Under the pieces are notes generated by a model. The model saw only the letters and a program-made list of their open reading frames with translations. It was not told where the DNA came from and searched no databases. From Nocardioidaceae bacterium (GTDB lineage Bacteria; Actinomycetota; Actinomycetes; Propionibacteriales; Nocardioidaceae): a DNA stretch of 64,000 nucleotides. The position numbers and the translations under genes are program-made. This document shows, one piece after another, positions 18,038 through 28,214 of this stretch (positions are counted from its first letter, which is position 1; the number at the start of each line of letters is the position of its first letter). The DNA lies in the NCBI GenBank assembly GCA_050700835.1, contig JBOHDX010000048.1, forward strand, positions 1,952 to 65,951. Direction: 5' to 3'.

Positions 18038-19264
18038 TTACAGCGGCGTCACCGGATACCCCGCCTCACGCAACCGGTCGACCACGGCAGTGCTGTGGGT
18101 CGCGCCGCGGGTCTCGACCTGCAGGCTGACCTCGACCTCGTCGAGGTGCAGGGCGGCAGACGTCCGCTCGTGGACGACGTCGAGCACATTGACCTGCAAC
18201 GACGCCAGCTCGGACAGCATCCGCATCAACTCACCCGGGCGGTCCGGGATGCGTACCCGGATCGACAGGTAGCGGCGGGCTGCGGCCAGGCCGTGCCGGA
18301 TCACGTGCATCAGCAGCAGCGGGTCGATGTTGCCGCCCGACAGGACGGCGACGATCGGACCGTCGAAGGCGCGCGGTTGGTCCATCAGGGCTGCCACCGC
18401 TGCCGCACCGGCCGGTTCGACGACCATCTTGGCCCGTTCGAGCAGCAGCAACAGCGCTTGCGAGAGCGACTCCTCCGAGACGGTGACGACGTCGTCGAGG
18501 TGGTCCTGGATTGCTTGGAACGGCACGGCTCCGGGCCTGGACAGCGCGATCCCGTCGGCCATCGTTGCCTGGGTCGGCACGGTGAGGGGGTGGCCGGCCT
18601 TGAGCGAGCTCGGGTACGCCGCGCAGTTCTGGGCCTGGACTCCGACCACCCGGACGTCGGGTCGCAACCCGTGCACCGCGATCGCGAGCCCCGCGGCGAG
18701 GCCCCCGCCGCCCACCGAGACCAGCACGGTGGACACCTCCGGCAGCTGCTCGACGATCTCGAGGCCCACCGTGCCTTGCCCCGCCACGATGTCAGGGTGG
18801 TCGAAGGGGTGGATGAAGACGGCGCCCGTCTCGTCGGCGAAGGCCCGCGCCGCGTCCAGCGTGGCGTCGACGGTGGAGCCGACGAGCCGGACGTCCGCGC
18901 CGTACGCACGTGTGGCCTTCTCCTTCGGGATGGCCACACCCTCGGGCATGAACACCGTCGACGTCGTGCCCAGCAGCGAGGCCGCCAGCGCGACCCCCTG
19001 GGCGTGGTTGCCGGCACTGGCTGCGACGACGCCGCGCGACCTCTCGTCGGCGGAGAGGCCGGCGATGCGGGTGTAGGCACCGCGCAGCTTGAACGAGCCG
19101 GTGCGCTGGAGGTTCTCGCACTTGAGGTAGACCGCGGAGCCCGCGAGCCCGGCCAGCCACCGAGACTCCTCCAGCGGTGTCGGCTCCACCACCCCGCGCA
19201 ACAGCTCGCGTGCCGCCAGCACAGCCCGGGCATCGACCTCGACGCTCTCGTTGTCGCCGTCCAC
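18038..19264 (-). CDS. ilvA: threonine ammonia-lyase (threonine dehydratase) with C-terminal ACT-like domain
   Basis: 408-aa ORF. PLP-lysine context 'RTGSFKLRGA', 'SAGNHAQGVA' and 'VGGGGLAAG' are present, and the C-terminal regulatory region 'YLSIRVRIPDRPGEL' follows. Confidence 0.9.
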   Translation of the reverse strand: MDGDNESVEVDARAVLAARELLRGVVEPTPLEESRWLAGLAGSAVYLKCENLQRTGSFKLRGAYTRIAGLSADERSRGVVAASAGNHAQGVALAASLLGTTSTVFMPEGVAIPKEKATRAYGADVRLVGSTVDATLDAARAFADETGAVFIHPFDHPDIVAGQGTVGLEIVEQLPEVSTVLVSVGGGGLAAGLAIAVHGLRPDVRVVGVQAQNCAAYPSSLKAGHPLTVPTQATMADGIALSRPGAVPFQAIQDHLDDVVTVSEESLSQALLLLLERAKMVVEPAGAAAVAALMDQPRAFDGPIVAVLSGGNIDPLLLMHVIRHGLAAARRYLSIRVRIPDRPGELMRMLSELASLQVNVLDVVHERTSAALHLDEVEVSLQVETRGATHSTAVVDRLREAGYPVTPL

Positions 19265-19301
19265 GACCGCAGCCTAGGTGTTTCGCGTCATGCGCTCGGC
19301 G

Positions 19302-20960
19302 TCACGGCACGCGGACGTCGCGCACGGTGTGGATCCGGGGCACGACGTCGCCGTTCGCGTCGGTGTCGCCGTCGTCGACCGCGGTCTCCCAGTGCAGGCG
19401 CATCGAGCGGCCATCGATCTCGATGCTGGCCAGGTTGTTCTCGAACCACGGACCCTCGACAAGTCGCCACCGCATCGGCGGGTCGTCCACCTTGGCGGAC
19501 CGCGCGAGCCACCGCCCGACCCTCCAGGCACCCGACCGTGCCGCCAGCGACATGCCCCAGCGTACCGGCACGGGCATCGGGTTGCGGATCGGCGAGCAGA
19601 CCGCCTGCAACAGCCGTCCGCGACCCTGCCACGGCCCGAGGTCGACCTCGGCGAGATAGGAGTGGTGCACGTCCCCGGACAGGAACACCACGGTCTCCGG
19701 CGCTGGTCCACGCTGGCCGGTCACGACCGCACGCAGCGCCCCCGCGACCTGCCGGAAGCCCTGCTGGAAAGCGGCCCAGTGCTCAAGGTCCAGGCCCTGC
19801 CTGATCCGCTCCCCCACCGCCTTGCCGACCTCGCCCCAGGCGCCTTCGGCGACCGCTTCGTCCCACGCCTCGAGGTGATGCAGGCCGGGCGGCAGGAGGT
19901 ACGGCAGGGAGGTGCCGATCAGCAGATGGTCCACGTCCCCGGTCAGTCGATCGTCGAACCAAGACATCTCGTCGTCGTCGAGCATGCTGCGCCGGTCGGG
20001 CGTCAGCACCCGAGCGGAACGCGAGTCGACCACGACGATCCGGGTCCTGCCGACGTCACGTGAGTAGCTCCAGCGGTAGGAGTCGGGGTGCTCGTCGGCG
20101 CGCTCGGCCAGGTCGTCGAGCAGCTGCCCGGCGTCCGCGTCGGGGCCGAGTGCCTGCACCTGTTGCCACCAGGTGTCCGCTGCCCGCTCCGCCGGTGAGA
20201 GGTTGCCCAGGTGCTGGTACACCCAGTACGACGCGAGTCCTCCGACGATCCGGTCGTGCCACCACGACGTGGCGGCCATTTGCTGCCGCCACGTGCTCGA
20301 CGTGTTCCAGTCGTCCCTGATGTCGTGGTCGTCGAAGATCATCGTGCTGGGCAGAGCCGACAACAGCCACCGGATCGCCGGGTCGTTCCAGCACAAGGCG
20401 TAGACGTGGGCGTACTCCTCGTAGTCCTTCAGCTCCTCACCGGGCGGCTCGCCGATGTCACGCCGTGACGCGATGAAATCCTTCATCCGCGGCGAGGTCT
20501 CGTCGGCATAGACCTGGTCGCCGAGGAACATCACCAGGTCCGGCCATTCCGCGTCGGGCTGCTCGCGCATCCGCAGCGCAACCGCCCGCAACGCGTCCAC
20601 GCCGTAAGCCTTGGTGCCGTCGGCGTCATGCGGAGCACTCGTGCGGCACGACCCGTAGGCCAGATCCAGTCCGTGGGCGGGATCGAGGGTGCGGACCCGG
20701 CTGTCGGGGGATCCGTCGAGGGCCGGCCAGACCCGGACGTCGCCCACGTCGACGGAGTACGGCAGCGAGGCGCCGGGAGACAGCCCTTCGACGTCCACGA
20801 GCGCGTAATGGTGACCGTGGACGGTGAAGCTGCGCGCCGAGTAGGTCGTGTCGCCCGCGTGCACGGTGACGGTGGCCGGCGCGGCGACCTCCACCCAGAT
20901 CACCGTCGACACCTCATCGACGTACCGGAGCAGGGGGCCGATCAGCAGCGGGCCGCTCAC
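19302..20960 (-). CDS. PhoD-like phosphatase (alkaline phosphatase D family metallophosphatase)
   Basis: This is the C-terminal 552 aa of ORF 19302..22010, starting at VSGPLLIGPLLRY. 'FLGDQVYADE', 'MIFDDHDIRDDWN' and 'VVFLSGDVHHSY' are present. GTG 20960 overlaps the upstream stop as GTGA. Confidence 0.8.
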   Translation of the reverse strand: MSGPLLIGPLLRYVDEVSTVIWVEVAAPATVTVHAGDTTYSARSFTVHGHHYALVDVEGLSPGASLPYSVDVGDVRVWPALDGSPDSRVRTLDPAHGLDLAYGSCRTSAPHDADGTKAYGVDALRAVALRMREQPDAEWPDLVMFLGDQVYADETSPRMKDFIASRRDIGEPPGEELKDYEEYAHVYALCWNDPAIRWLLSALPSTMIFDDHDIRDDWNTSSTWRQQMAATSWWHDRIVGGLASYWVYQHLGNLSPAERAADTWWQQVQALGPDADAGQLLDDLAERADEHPDSYRWSYSRDVGRTRIVVVDSRSARVLTPDRRSMLDDDEMSWFDDRLTGDVDHLLIGTSLPYLLPPGLHHLEAWDEAVAEGAWGEVGKAVGERIRQGLDLEHWAAFQQGFRQVAGALRAVVTGQRGPAPETVVFLSGDVHHSYLAEVDLGPWQGRGRLLQAVCSPIRNPMPVPVRWGMSLAARSGAWRVGRWLARSAKVDDPPMRWRLVEGPWFENNLASIEIDGRSMRLHWETAVDDGDTDANGDVVPRIHTVRDVRVP

Positions 20961-22255
20961 TGCTCGACCCGTCTCCGGATCATGGGGACGTCCCGCCCGG
21001 ACAGGTGCTTGACCACCGCATTGACGCACGCGGCCGACGGCACCGCGATGAGGGCACCGATCAGGCCGGCCACGACGACGCCGCCCGCGATCGACAAGAT
21101 CACGGCCAACGGATGCAGGGACACCAGCCGGCCCATCAGGAAGGGCTGCAGGACGTGCGACTCGATCTGCTGCACCAGGACGACGGCACCGAGCATCACC
21201 AGGGCCACCACCCATCCTTGGGCGACAAGGGCGACCAGGACGGCGACCGTCCCGGACAGGAACGCTCCGATCACCGGTACGAAGGCACCGAAGAAGACCA
21301 GCACGCCGATCGCCAGGGCCAGCGGCACGCCGAGGACCGTCGCCGCGAGCGAGATTCCCAGTGCATCGGTGAGCGCGACGAGGACGGTGGCGCGCACGAA
21401 CGCGGTCAGGGACACCCAGGCGACCCGACCGGACGTGTCGATCCGCTCCCGCGCGGCGCGAGGGAACAGCTGGACCAGCCACGACCAGATCCGGTGTCCC
21501 TCGTAGCAGAAGAAGAACACCGAGAACAGCACGATGAACAGTCCCGCCAGGACGTGGGTGAGCGTGGTACCGATCTCCGCCGCGGTAGAGGCCAGGTTGC
21601 TGTTGCCCGTCTCCACGGTGTGCTTGATCTGGTCGATCATGCTGGCCAGCTGGGCGTCGGAGAGGTGCAATGGCCCCGTCTTCAACCAGTCCTGGACCTG
21701 CGACAGGCCATCCACCACCGACTTCCGCAGCTGGTCGACCTGTCCCGACACCTGGGTCCCGACGAGGGTGAGCATGCCCACCACGAACGCGAGCCCGACG
21801 ATCACGGTGAGGCCGGCGGCGAGACCGCGCGGAACCTTGAGGCGCACGAGCAGGTCGACCCCGGGAGACGCCAGCGCAGTGATCAGCACGGCGATGGCCA
21901 GCGGGATGGTGATCTCGCTGAAGAAGCGCAGCAGCAGGAAGATGACGTAGACCGCGCCGGCGGTGACCAGGAACCGCCAGGACCAGCCGGCCACCAGCTC
22001 GACACCCCACGGCACTGTGGGCGCGCGGGCGGGGTCGATCGCCTGGCTCGGCTGCGCAGGCAGCGACGTGGGGTAGTCGACGGACGCGGCCGGCTCCGGG
22101 TCCGCCACGGCGCCCTGGAAGTCGTCATCGACCCCGGTCTCGTCGCGACGCACGGCAGCGCGCAGCCGTTCGACCAGTGCCGCCACGCCCCCCGAAGGTG
22201 GCCGCCGGGTGGCTGGCGGAGCGTCGGCCTGTGGCTCGTCAGGCTGCTCCGGCAT
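20957..22255 (-). CDS. AI-2E family (PerM-like) transporter
   Basis: The track ORF is 20957..22300; the likely start is MPEQPDE (22255). It is a multi-pass membrane protein with the 'FGAFVPVIGAFLSG' and 'QQIESHVLQPFLMG' motifs. Confidence 0.85.
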   Translation of the reverse strand: MPEQPDEPQADAPPATRRPPSGGVAALVERLRAAVRRDETGVDDDFQGAVADPEPAASVDYPTSLPAQPSQAIDPARAPTVPWGVELVAGWSWRFLVTAGAVYVIFLLLRFFSEITIPLAIAVLITALASPGVDLLVRLKVPRGLAAGLTVIVGLAFVVGMLTLVGTQVSGQVDQLRKSVVDGLSQVQDWLKTGPLHLSDAQLASMIDQIKHTVETGNSNLASTAAEIGTTLTHVLAGLFIVLFSVFFFCYEGHRIWSWLVQLFPRAARERIDTSGRVAWVSLTAFVRATVLVALTDALGISLAATVLGVPLALAIGVLVFFGAFVPVIGAFLSGTVAVLVALVAQGWVVALVMLGAVVLVQQIESHVLQPFLMGRLVSLHPLAVILSIAGGVVVAGLIGALIAVPSAACVNAVVKHLSGRDVPMIRRRVEQ

Positions 22256-22369
22256 GTGCGGCAACGTACCGGCGCAGCAACAGATGTGCAGCCTCGACAC
22301 CCCTGTCGGCCAGCAGGGCCCCGTGAAGGAGAGCCCGGAGTCCAGGCACCCGTCCAGCCCCGGTAGCGG

Positions 22370-23563
22370 TCAGCGGTTCGACAGCGCAGCCGCCTCGAAC
22401 GCCTGCTCGAGGTCGGCGACGAGGTCGTCCGCCGTCTCGATGCCCACGGACAGCCGCACCAGGTCCGACGGCACCTCCAACAGCGAGCCCGCGACCGACG
22501 CGTGTGTCATGCGAGCGGGGTGCTCGATCAACGACTCCACCCCTCCGAGCGACTCCGCGAGGGTGAAAACCGTTGCCTCGTTGACGATCGCGACCGCTTG
22601 AGATTCACCGCCGTGGACCCGGAAGGAGACCATCCCCCCGTACCGACGCATCTGACGGGTCGCCACCACATGGCCGGGATGCCCGGGCAGCCCGGGATAG
22701 AGGACCTCGCTGACCTCCGGCCGGGAGGACAGGAACTCCACGACCCGCTCGGCGTTGTCGCTGTGGCGCTCCATGCGTACCGCCAGCGTCTTGAGGCCGC
22801 GCAGCACCAGCCACGAGTCGAACGGCCCGGCCACGGCGCCCATGGCGTTCTGGTGGTACGCCAGCGGCTCGGCCAGCTCGGGGGTCCGGGTGACGACAGC
22901 CCCACCGACCACGTCGGAGTGGCCACCGCAGTATTTCGTGGTGGAGTGCACGACGATGTCCGCGCCGTGGGAGATGGGCTGCTGGAGATAGGGCGACGCG
23001 AACGTGTTGTCGACCACCAGAAGTGCTTCCGCGTCGTGTGCCACCGACGCCAGCGCAGTCAGGTCGGCGATGCCGAGCAGCGGGTTGGTCGGTGTCTCTA
23101 CCCAGATCATCCGGGTCGCGCCGGGACGGACCGCCGCGCGTACTGCGTCGATGTCGGCAACGGCGGCCGGGGTGTGCTCGAGCCCCCACCGGGCGGCGAC
23201 CTTGTCGAACAACCGGAAGGTGCCGCCGTAGGCGTCGTCAGGGATCACGACGTGGTCGCCAGGACTGCACAGGCTGCGCAGAAGCGTGTCCTCCGCCGCC
23301 ATCCCGCTGGCGAAGACGAGACCGTTCGACCCGCCCTCGAGGGCGGCCATGCACTCCTCGAGGGCGGCGCGGGTCGGGTTGCCGGTCCGGGAGTACTCGT
23401 AGCCCTCGCGCAGTCCACCGACGCCGTCTTGCTTGTACGTGCTGGTCGCCCATATCGCCGGCACCACCGCGCCGGTCCGGGGATCGGCCTCCTGCCCGGC
23501 ATGGATGGCGAGGGTCTCGAAGCCGACGGCCGCGGCGTTGGTCGGGTGGGTGGGCTCGGTCAC
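22370..23563 (-). CDS. metB: cystathionine gamma-synthase/gamma-lyase (Cys/Met-metabolism PLP enzyme)
   Basis: 397-aa ORF with 'YSRTGNPT', '[10 protein letters not shown]' and the PLP-lysine motif '[12 protein letters not shown]'. Synteny with cbs and greA matches the mycobacterial arrangement. Confidence 0.9.
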   Translation of the reverse strand: MTEPTHPTNAAAVGFETLAIHAGQEADPRTGAVVPAIWATSTYKQDGVGGLREGYEYSRTGNPTRAALEECMAALEGGSNGLVFASGMAAEDTLLRSLCSPGDHVVIPDDAYGGTFRLFDKVAARWGLEHTPAAVADIDAVRAAVRPGATRMIWVETPTNPLLGIADLTALASVAHDAEALLVVDNTFASPYLQQPISHGADIVVHSTTKYCGGHSDVVGGAVVTRTPELAEPLAYHQNAMGAVAGPFDSWLVLRGLKTLAVRMERHSDNAERVVEFLSSRPEVSEVLYPGLPGHPGHVVATRQMRRYGGMVSFRVHGGESQAVAIVNEATVFTLAESLGGVESLIEHPARMTHASVAGSLLEVPSDLVRLSVGIETADDLVADLEQAFEAAALSNR

Positions 23564-23664
23564 CGGCCGAGCCTATCCAGCGCGACCTCGACCCGGGCGC
23601 CCGGATGTTGCGCGGATTCGCACCGCCGAAGCGACTGGCAGCGGTTCTCGTGTGCGCAAGCGCT

Positions 23665-23835
23665 CCGGCCCCCGGGTGCACGGAGACCGAGTCGCCTGCG
23701 CCAGACCCCGGCCCCCGGGTGCACGGAGACCGAGTCGCCTGCCCCGAATCCGGCCCCCGGGTGCACGGGGAACGAGTCGCCAGCGCCAGACTTCGGCCCC
23801 CGGGTACACGGGGAACGAATCCATCCCGCCGACGG
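23665..23835. repeat. 4 x 42-43-bp tandem repeat (ccggcccccgggtgcacggagaccgagtcgcctgc...)
   Basis: Unit starts are at 23665, 23708, 23750 and 23793. The array fills the divergent metB/msrA intergenic region and ends about 30 nt before the msrA ATG. Confidence 0.9.
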
Positions 23836-23866
23836 TTGTCTCATGCGTAGCCATGAGGAGGCACCG

Positions 23867-24508
23867 ATGATCTTCGGCCGTCACAAGACCGAGCTGCCCA
23901 CCATCGAGGACGCCCTGCCCGGGCGCGACACCCGGCCGTTCTCAGTCGGCACCGAGCATGCCGTGCTGGGGACCCCCATCGAGACGGATGCCCCCGAGGG
24001 CTTCGAGTCGGCCGTGTTCGGCCTCGGCTGCTTCTGGGGTGAGGAGAAGACGTTCTGGGAGATCCCCGGTGTCTGGTCCACGTCGGTCGGCTACGCCGGT
24101 GGCGTGACTCCCAACCCGACTTACGAAGAGGTGTGCACCGGGCGCACGGGCCACGCCGAGGTCGTTCGGGTGGTGTTCGACCCCGCGAAGCTGTCGTACT
24201 CCGACCTGTTGGCGGGGTTCTGGGAGCACCACGACCCGACCCAGGGCATGCGCCAGGGCAACGACCGTGGCTCGCAGTACCGCTCGATCATCCTCACCAC
24301 GAGCGACGCGCAGCAGGACGCCGCCGAGGCCTCCCGGAAGGCGTACCAGCAACAGATGACGAGGTCCGGCTACGGCGAGATCACGACGGTGATCGCGCCG
24401 CTGGAGCATTACTGGTACGCCGAGGACTACCACCAGCAGTACCTCGTCAAGAACCCGGCCGGCTACTGCCCCCTGCACGCCACCGGCGTGAAGTACGCCG
24501 ACGCCTGA
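23867..24508 (+). CDS. msrA: peptide-methionine (S)-S-oxide reductase
   Basis: This is the last 213 aa of ORF 22502..24508, starting at MIFGRHK. The catalytic motif 'GLGCFWGEE', '[12 protein letters not shown]' and 'DYHQQYL' are present. GAGGAGG lies 5 nt upstream of ATG 23867. Confidence 0.95.
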   Translation: MIFGRHKTELPTIEDALPGRDTRPFSVGTEHAVLGTPIETDAPEGFESAVFGLGCFWGEEKTFWEIPGVWSTSVGYAGGVTPNPTYEEVCTGRTGHAEVVRVVFDPAKLSYSDLLAGFWEHHDPTQGMRQGNDRGSQYRSIILTTSDAQQDAAEASRKAYQQQMTRSGYGEITTVIAPLEHYWYAEDYHQQYLVKNPAGYCPLHATGVKYADA

Positions 24509-24579
24509 CTCAGCGGGCACTGGGGCCGCGACCCGGGTCACGCTGGTCCCACCAGCCGGCGCCGCAGTAGCGTCCGGTC

Positions 24580-24939
24580 ATGTCCATCGCGCGTTCTCCC
24601 GGCCTCGTCATCGACTGTCCCGACCCGGCGGCACTCGCCAAGTTCTACGGTTCGCTGCTCGACTGGAAGGTCAAGGTCGACGGTGACTGGGCCGAGATCC
24701 GTCCCGAGGACGGCGGTGACTGCATCTCGTTCCAGCAGGTGAACCGCTACCGGGCACCCGAGTGGCCGGGACAGGAAGCTCCCCAGCAGATGCATCTCGA
24801 CCTGATCGTGGACGACCTCGACGAAGGCGAAGCGGCGGTAACCGCGATCGGAGGCACGAAGGCGGATGCCCAGCCGGGCACCAGCTTCCGGGTCTTCCTC
24901 GACCCGGCTGGCCACCCGTTCTGCCTCTGCGTCGACTAG
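24580..24939 (+). CDS. VOC (glyoxalase/bleomycin-resistance-like) family protein
   Basis: 119-aa ORF. 'VIDCPDPAALAKFYGSLLDW', 'MHLDLIVDDLDEG' and 'FLDPAGHPFCL' are typical of small VOC-fold proteins. Confidence 0.8.
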   Translation: MSIARSPGLVIDCPDPAALAKFYGSLLDWKVKVDGDWAEIRPEDGGDCISFQQVNRYRAPEWPGQEAPQQMHLDLIVDDLDEGEAAVTAIGGTKADAQPGTSFRVFLDPAGHPFCLCVD

Positions 24940-25058
24940 ACCGACCCAACCCTCCGGCGGGCTCTCACGCAGGCCCGTTCTCGCACTGGGCGACCGCACC
25001 GGTGACCGGCTGCTCGACTCCGACGCCGAGACTGAACTGCGGCGGGTGTACGCACCCC

Positions 25059-25119
25059 GGTGAGATCACGTTTGCGAGCGTCTCCAGGGCACATCTCACG
25101 TACGCAACTGTGATCTCGC
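25059..25119. repeat. 61-bp inverted-repeat element, copy B
   Basis: GGTGAGATCAC-N38-CTGTGATCTCGC. It has ends and length identical to copy A, and about half of the interior positions also match (42/61 overall). It lies in the convergent VOC/cbs intergenic region. Confidence 0.7.
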
Positions 25120-25120
25120 A

Positions 25121-25234
25121 GGACGCGGCGGCGGGCGCAACTGTCGGATCGCCGGCGGAGGACCGGCGCGGGACGCGGCGGCGGGCGCAACTGTCGGATC
25201 GCCGACGGAGCACCGGCGCGGGACCCGGCGCGGG
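25121..25234. repeat. 2.3 x 50-bp tandem repeat
   Basis: Units at 25121-25170 and 25171-25220 differ at 2 positions, and a partial third copy follows. The array starts 2 nt after 61-bp element copy B. Confidence 0.9.
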
Positions 25235-25245
25235 AGTGGAGCGGG

Positions 25246-26616
25246 TCAGGCGCTGGCCAGGAAGCCCAGCAGGTCCACCCGCGTGAGCACGCCCACGGGG
25301 CGGCCGTCCTCGTGCACGACCACGGCGTCGGACCCTTCGAGCGCTGCGATCGCCCCAGTGATCGGCTCACCTGACCCGATCGACGGCAGCGGCGGCTCCA
25401 TATGCTGCTCGACTCCGTCGGCGAGCTGAGCCGCGCCGGCGTACAACGCCTCCAGCAGGGCACGCTCGCTGACCGACCCGGCGACCTCGCCGGCCATGAT
25501 CGGCGGCTCGGCGAGCACCACTGGCATCTGGGAGACGGCGTACTCGCGGAGGATGTCGATGGCCTCGGCAATGGTCTCGTTCGGGTGCGTGTGCACGAGG
25601 GCCGGCAGGGAGCCAGCCTTGCCACGCAGCACCTCGCCGACGGTCTGCGCCTCCGCCCCGGGCAGGAAGCCGTACCTCGCCAGCCAGGCGTCGTCGAACA
25701 CCTTGGTCAGGTAACCACGCCCGCCGTCGGGCAGAAGCACCACGATCACCGCTTCGGGGTCGGCGACGTCGCGAGCCAGGCGTACCGCCGCCTGCGCGGC
25801 CATGCCACATGATCCCCCGACCAGCAGCCCCTCCTCGCGGGCGAGCCGGCGGGTGGTCAGGAACGAGTCCCTGTCCCCGACCTCGATCACCCGGTCGCAG
25901 ATCTCGCGGTCGAACGTGGCGGGCCAGAAGTCCTCGCCGACACCTTCGACGAGGTACGGCCGGCCGCTGCCGCCGGAGTAGACGGAGCCGGTGGGGTCGG
26001 CGCCCACGATCTGGACCCGGCCGTCGCTGACCTCCTTGAGATAGCGGCCGACACCGCTGATCGTGCCGCCGGTGCCGATCCCGGCGACGAAGTGCGTGAT
26101 CCGTCCCTCGGTCTGTCGCCAGATCTCCGGTCCGGTCGTCTCGTAGTGCGACTGGGGGTTGGCCGGGTTGGAGTACTGGTCCGGCTTCCAGCCACCGTCG
26201 ATCTCACGAACCAGTCGGTCGGAGACGTTGTAGTAGGAGTCCGGATGCTCCGGAGGCACCGCCGTCGGGCACACCACGACCTGGGCACCGTACGCCTTGA
26301 GCACGTTGCGCTTGTCCTCGCTGACTTTGTCGGGGCAGACGAACACGCACCGGTAGCCGCGTTGCTGCGCCACCATGGCCAGCCCGACACCGGTGTTGCC
26401 GCTGGTCGGCTCGATGATGGTGCCACCGGGCTTCAACGCACCCGACGCCTCGGCCGCGTCGATCATCCGGGTTGCGATCCGGTCCTTGACGCTGCCGCCG
26501 GGGTTGACGTACTCGACCTTGGCCAGCACATATCCCAGTGCGCCGTCGGTGACCTTCGAAAGCCGGACGAGTGGGGTGTTGCCCACCAGGTCGACGACTG
26601 AGTCCACGTACTCCAC
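25246..26616 (-). CDS. cbs: cystathionine beta-synthase (PLP domain plus CBS pair)
   Basis: The track ORF is 25246..26694; GTG 26616 gives VEYVDSVVDLVGNTPLVRL, like known N-termini. 'NPGGSVKDR', 'PTSGNTGVGLA' and 'GIGTGGTISG' are present, and the C-terminal CBS-pair region follows. Confidence 0.9.
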   Translation of the reverse strand: MEYVDSVVDLVGNTPLVRLSKVTDGALGYVLAKVEYVNPGGSVKDRIATRMIDAAEASGALKPGGTIIEPTSGNTGVGLAMVAQQRGYRCVFVCPDKVSEDKRNVLKAYGAQVVVCPTAVPPEHPDSYYNVSDRLVREIDGGWKPDQYSNPANPQSHYETTGPEIWRQTEGRITHFVAGIGTGGTISGVGRYLKEVSDGRVQIVGADPTGSVYSGGSGRPYLVEGVGEDFWPATFDREICDRVIEVGDRDSFLTTRRLAREEGLLVGGSCGMAAQAAVRLARDVADPEAVIVVLLPDGGRGYLTKVFDDAWLARYGFLPGAEAQTVGEVLRGKAGSLPALVHTHPNETIAEAIDILREYAVSQMPVVLAEPPIMAGEVAGSVSERALLEALYAGAAQLADGVEQHMEPPLPSIGSGEPITGAIAALEGSDAVVVHEDGRPVGVLTRVDLLGFLASA

Positions 26617-26674
26617 GCCGCACAGCCTAGGGGCCGAATCCACCTGCGCCGCGGCCGGTCTGTCGTCATCATGG

Positions 26675-26737
26675 GAGCACAAGACCGAGCACAAGACTTA
26701 GCACACGGGCCGAGCACACGGACCGAGCGCACGGACC
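26675..26737. repeat. 5 x 11-14-bp imperfect tandem repeat (gagcacaNgacc)
   Basis: Lies in the divergent cbs/SGNH intergenic region. Confidence 0.7.
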
Positions 26738-26754
26738 GGGATGAGGAGGGCGGC

Positions 26755-27807
26755 GTGGGCAAGGCGCGGGCAGCACGCAGGCTGGCGTCCGCTGCGGCCT
26801 TCGGCGGCGGCGGACTCGGCCTGATCGGGGGCGGCTTGTTCGGGGTGATGAAGCTCGAGGCCGCACTGGCCAGGCGCACGATCGGCGACGCGATGGGGGA
26901 CCCACCCGATCCCGACGGGGTCTACGGCCCGGACTTCCCTGGTACGCCACTCACCCTGCTGGTGCTCGGCGACTCCGCCGCCGCGGGCTATGGGATGAAC
27001 GACCCGATCGACACTCCGCCGGCGATGCTGGGACACGGTCTGGCGCAGATCGCCGGCGCACCGGTGCGCGTGGTGTCCCAGGCGTACGTCGGCGCCCGCA
27101 CCCAGGCCCTGGCCGGCCAGATCGACGGCGCGTTGCAGCGGGTCGGCCTACCCGACATCGCGGTCATCGTGGTCGGCGTCAACGACGTCACGCACACCGT
27201 CCGGCCCGCCGAGTCGGTACGCCTGCTCGACGCCGCCGTACGCGGCCTGGTCGACCTCGGGATCTCCGTCGTGGTGGGTACCTGCCCGGATCTGGGCACC
27301 GTCGGCCCGTTGGCTCCTCCGCTGCGCCAGGTCGCGCGCGCGTGGAGCCGCCGCCTGGCCGCGGCACAGACGATCGTCGTCGTCGAAGCCGGTGGGCGCT
27401 CGGTTTCCCTCGGCTCGCTGCTCGGCCCGGAGTTCGCGGCGGCGCCCACCGAGCTGTTCGGCGCCGACAGGTTCCACCCGTCGCTGGCCGGGTACGCGAG
27501 CATGGTCGCCGCGCTGCTCCCGTCGGTCGCGTCGTCGCTGGGTCTGTGGGAGGACGACCTCGACGAGGACCCGGCCTCCGGCGGGATCAGCGCCGACGTG
27601 ATCGGTGCGCAACGCAACGGTGTGCTCCCTGTGTCGTTCGCAGCCGCAGCGGCGGCCAGCCGTGACGGCACCGAGGTGTCACGCACCGCCGTGGGTGGCC
27701 GTGAGCGCGGAACTCGAGGACGTTGGGCACAGGTGACCAGGCGCCGTCGCCGTACCGTTCCGCCCGTTGCCCAGCCCGACGTGAGGGACAGCCCGGCCAC
27801 CGCCTGA
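26755..27807 (+). CDS. SGNH/GDSL-family hydrolase (lipase/esterase-like), membrane anchored
   Basis: This is the in-frame part of ORF 26671..27807. GTG 26755 lies 6 nt after GAGGAGG. An N-terminal TM segment is followed by 'LLVLGDSAAAGYG', 'IVVGVNDV' and 'DRFHPS' (SGNH blocks I, III, V). Confidence 0.8.
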   Translation: MGKARAARRLASAAAFGGGGLGLIGGGLFGVMKLEAALARRTIGDAMGDPPDPDGVYGPDFPGTPLTLLVLGDSAAAGYGMNDPIDTPPAMLGHGLAQIAGAPVRVVSQAYVGARTQALAGQIDGALQRVGLPDIAVIVVGVNDVTHTVRPAESVRLLDAAVRGLVDLGISVVVGTCPDLGTVGPLAPPLRQVARAWSRRLAAAQTIVVVEAGGRSVSLGSLLGPEFAAAPTELFGADRFHPSLAGYASMVAALLPSVASSLGLWEDDLDEDPASGGISADVIGAQRNGVLPVSFAAAAAASRDGTEVSRTAVGGRERGTRGRWAQVTRRRRRTVPPVAQPDVRDSPATA

Positions 27808-27898
27808 GACGCATCGCCACGGGGCCTTGTGCCGTCCGCGTGGATCGGGCACCGTGGTCGCACGGCTCATCCACACTCGCGGCCCACAAGGAGACACG

Positions 27899-28129
27899 AT
27901 GGGACTTCACCACTCCGAAGAGACGCATCAGTTGCTGGTCGACCGGCTTCCTACGGCGACCGGCAAGCAACTGACGGAGTGGTTCCAACATCTGGAGTCC
28001 GGGCCGGCGTTCGGCCGGTTCGAGGACAGGGTCAACTGGCTGCGTGAGGAGTTCGGGTTGGCGCACGGGCACGCCACGGCGATCGTGCACGAGTACGCGT
28101 TGCAGCGCTCCCGCCGCGCCTTCAGCTAA
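27899..28129 (+). CDS. DUF4287-like small protein
   Basis: 76 aa starting at MGLHHSEETHQ, with AAGGAG 5 nt upstream of ATG 27899. 'GLAHGHATAIVHEY' resembles the DUF4287 signature as I recall it. Confidence 0.55.
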   Translation: MGLHHSEETHQLLVDRLPTATGKQLTEWFQHLESGPAFGRFEDRVNWLREEFGLAHGHATAIVHEYALQRSRRAFS

Positions 28130-28214
28130 CGCGGAACGCTGCCGCTGACGCGCGGCCACTGCGGCACTACAGCGGCGCCACTTGGCGCCACTGCGCCACC
28201 ACTGGGGCCGACGC

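Noticed and set aside
18095-19804. 569-aa plus-strand ORF across ilvA and the end of the PhoD-like gene.
   Set aside because: It is antisense to two well-supported genes and has shadow-ORF composition (Arg/Gly/Asp/His).
22502-23866. N-terminal 455 aa of the 668-aa ORF that ends as msrA.
   Set aside because: It is antisense to metB and then runs through the 43-bp repeat array. The MsrA homology, RBS and ATG all begin at 23867.
23665-25234. Tandem repeat arrays considered as possible CRISPR arrays.
   Set aside because: The units are directly adjacent with no unique spacers, there are only 2-6 copies, there are no cas genes, and the unit sizes (11-50 bp) and positions fit simple tandem duplications.
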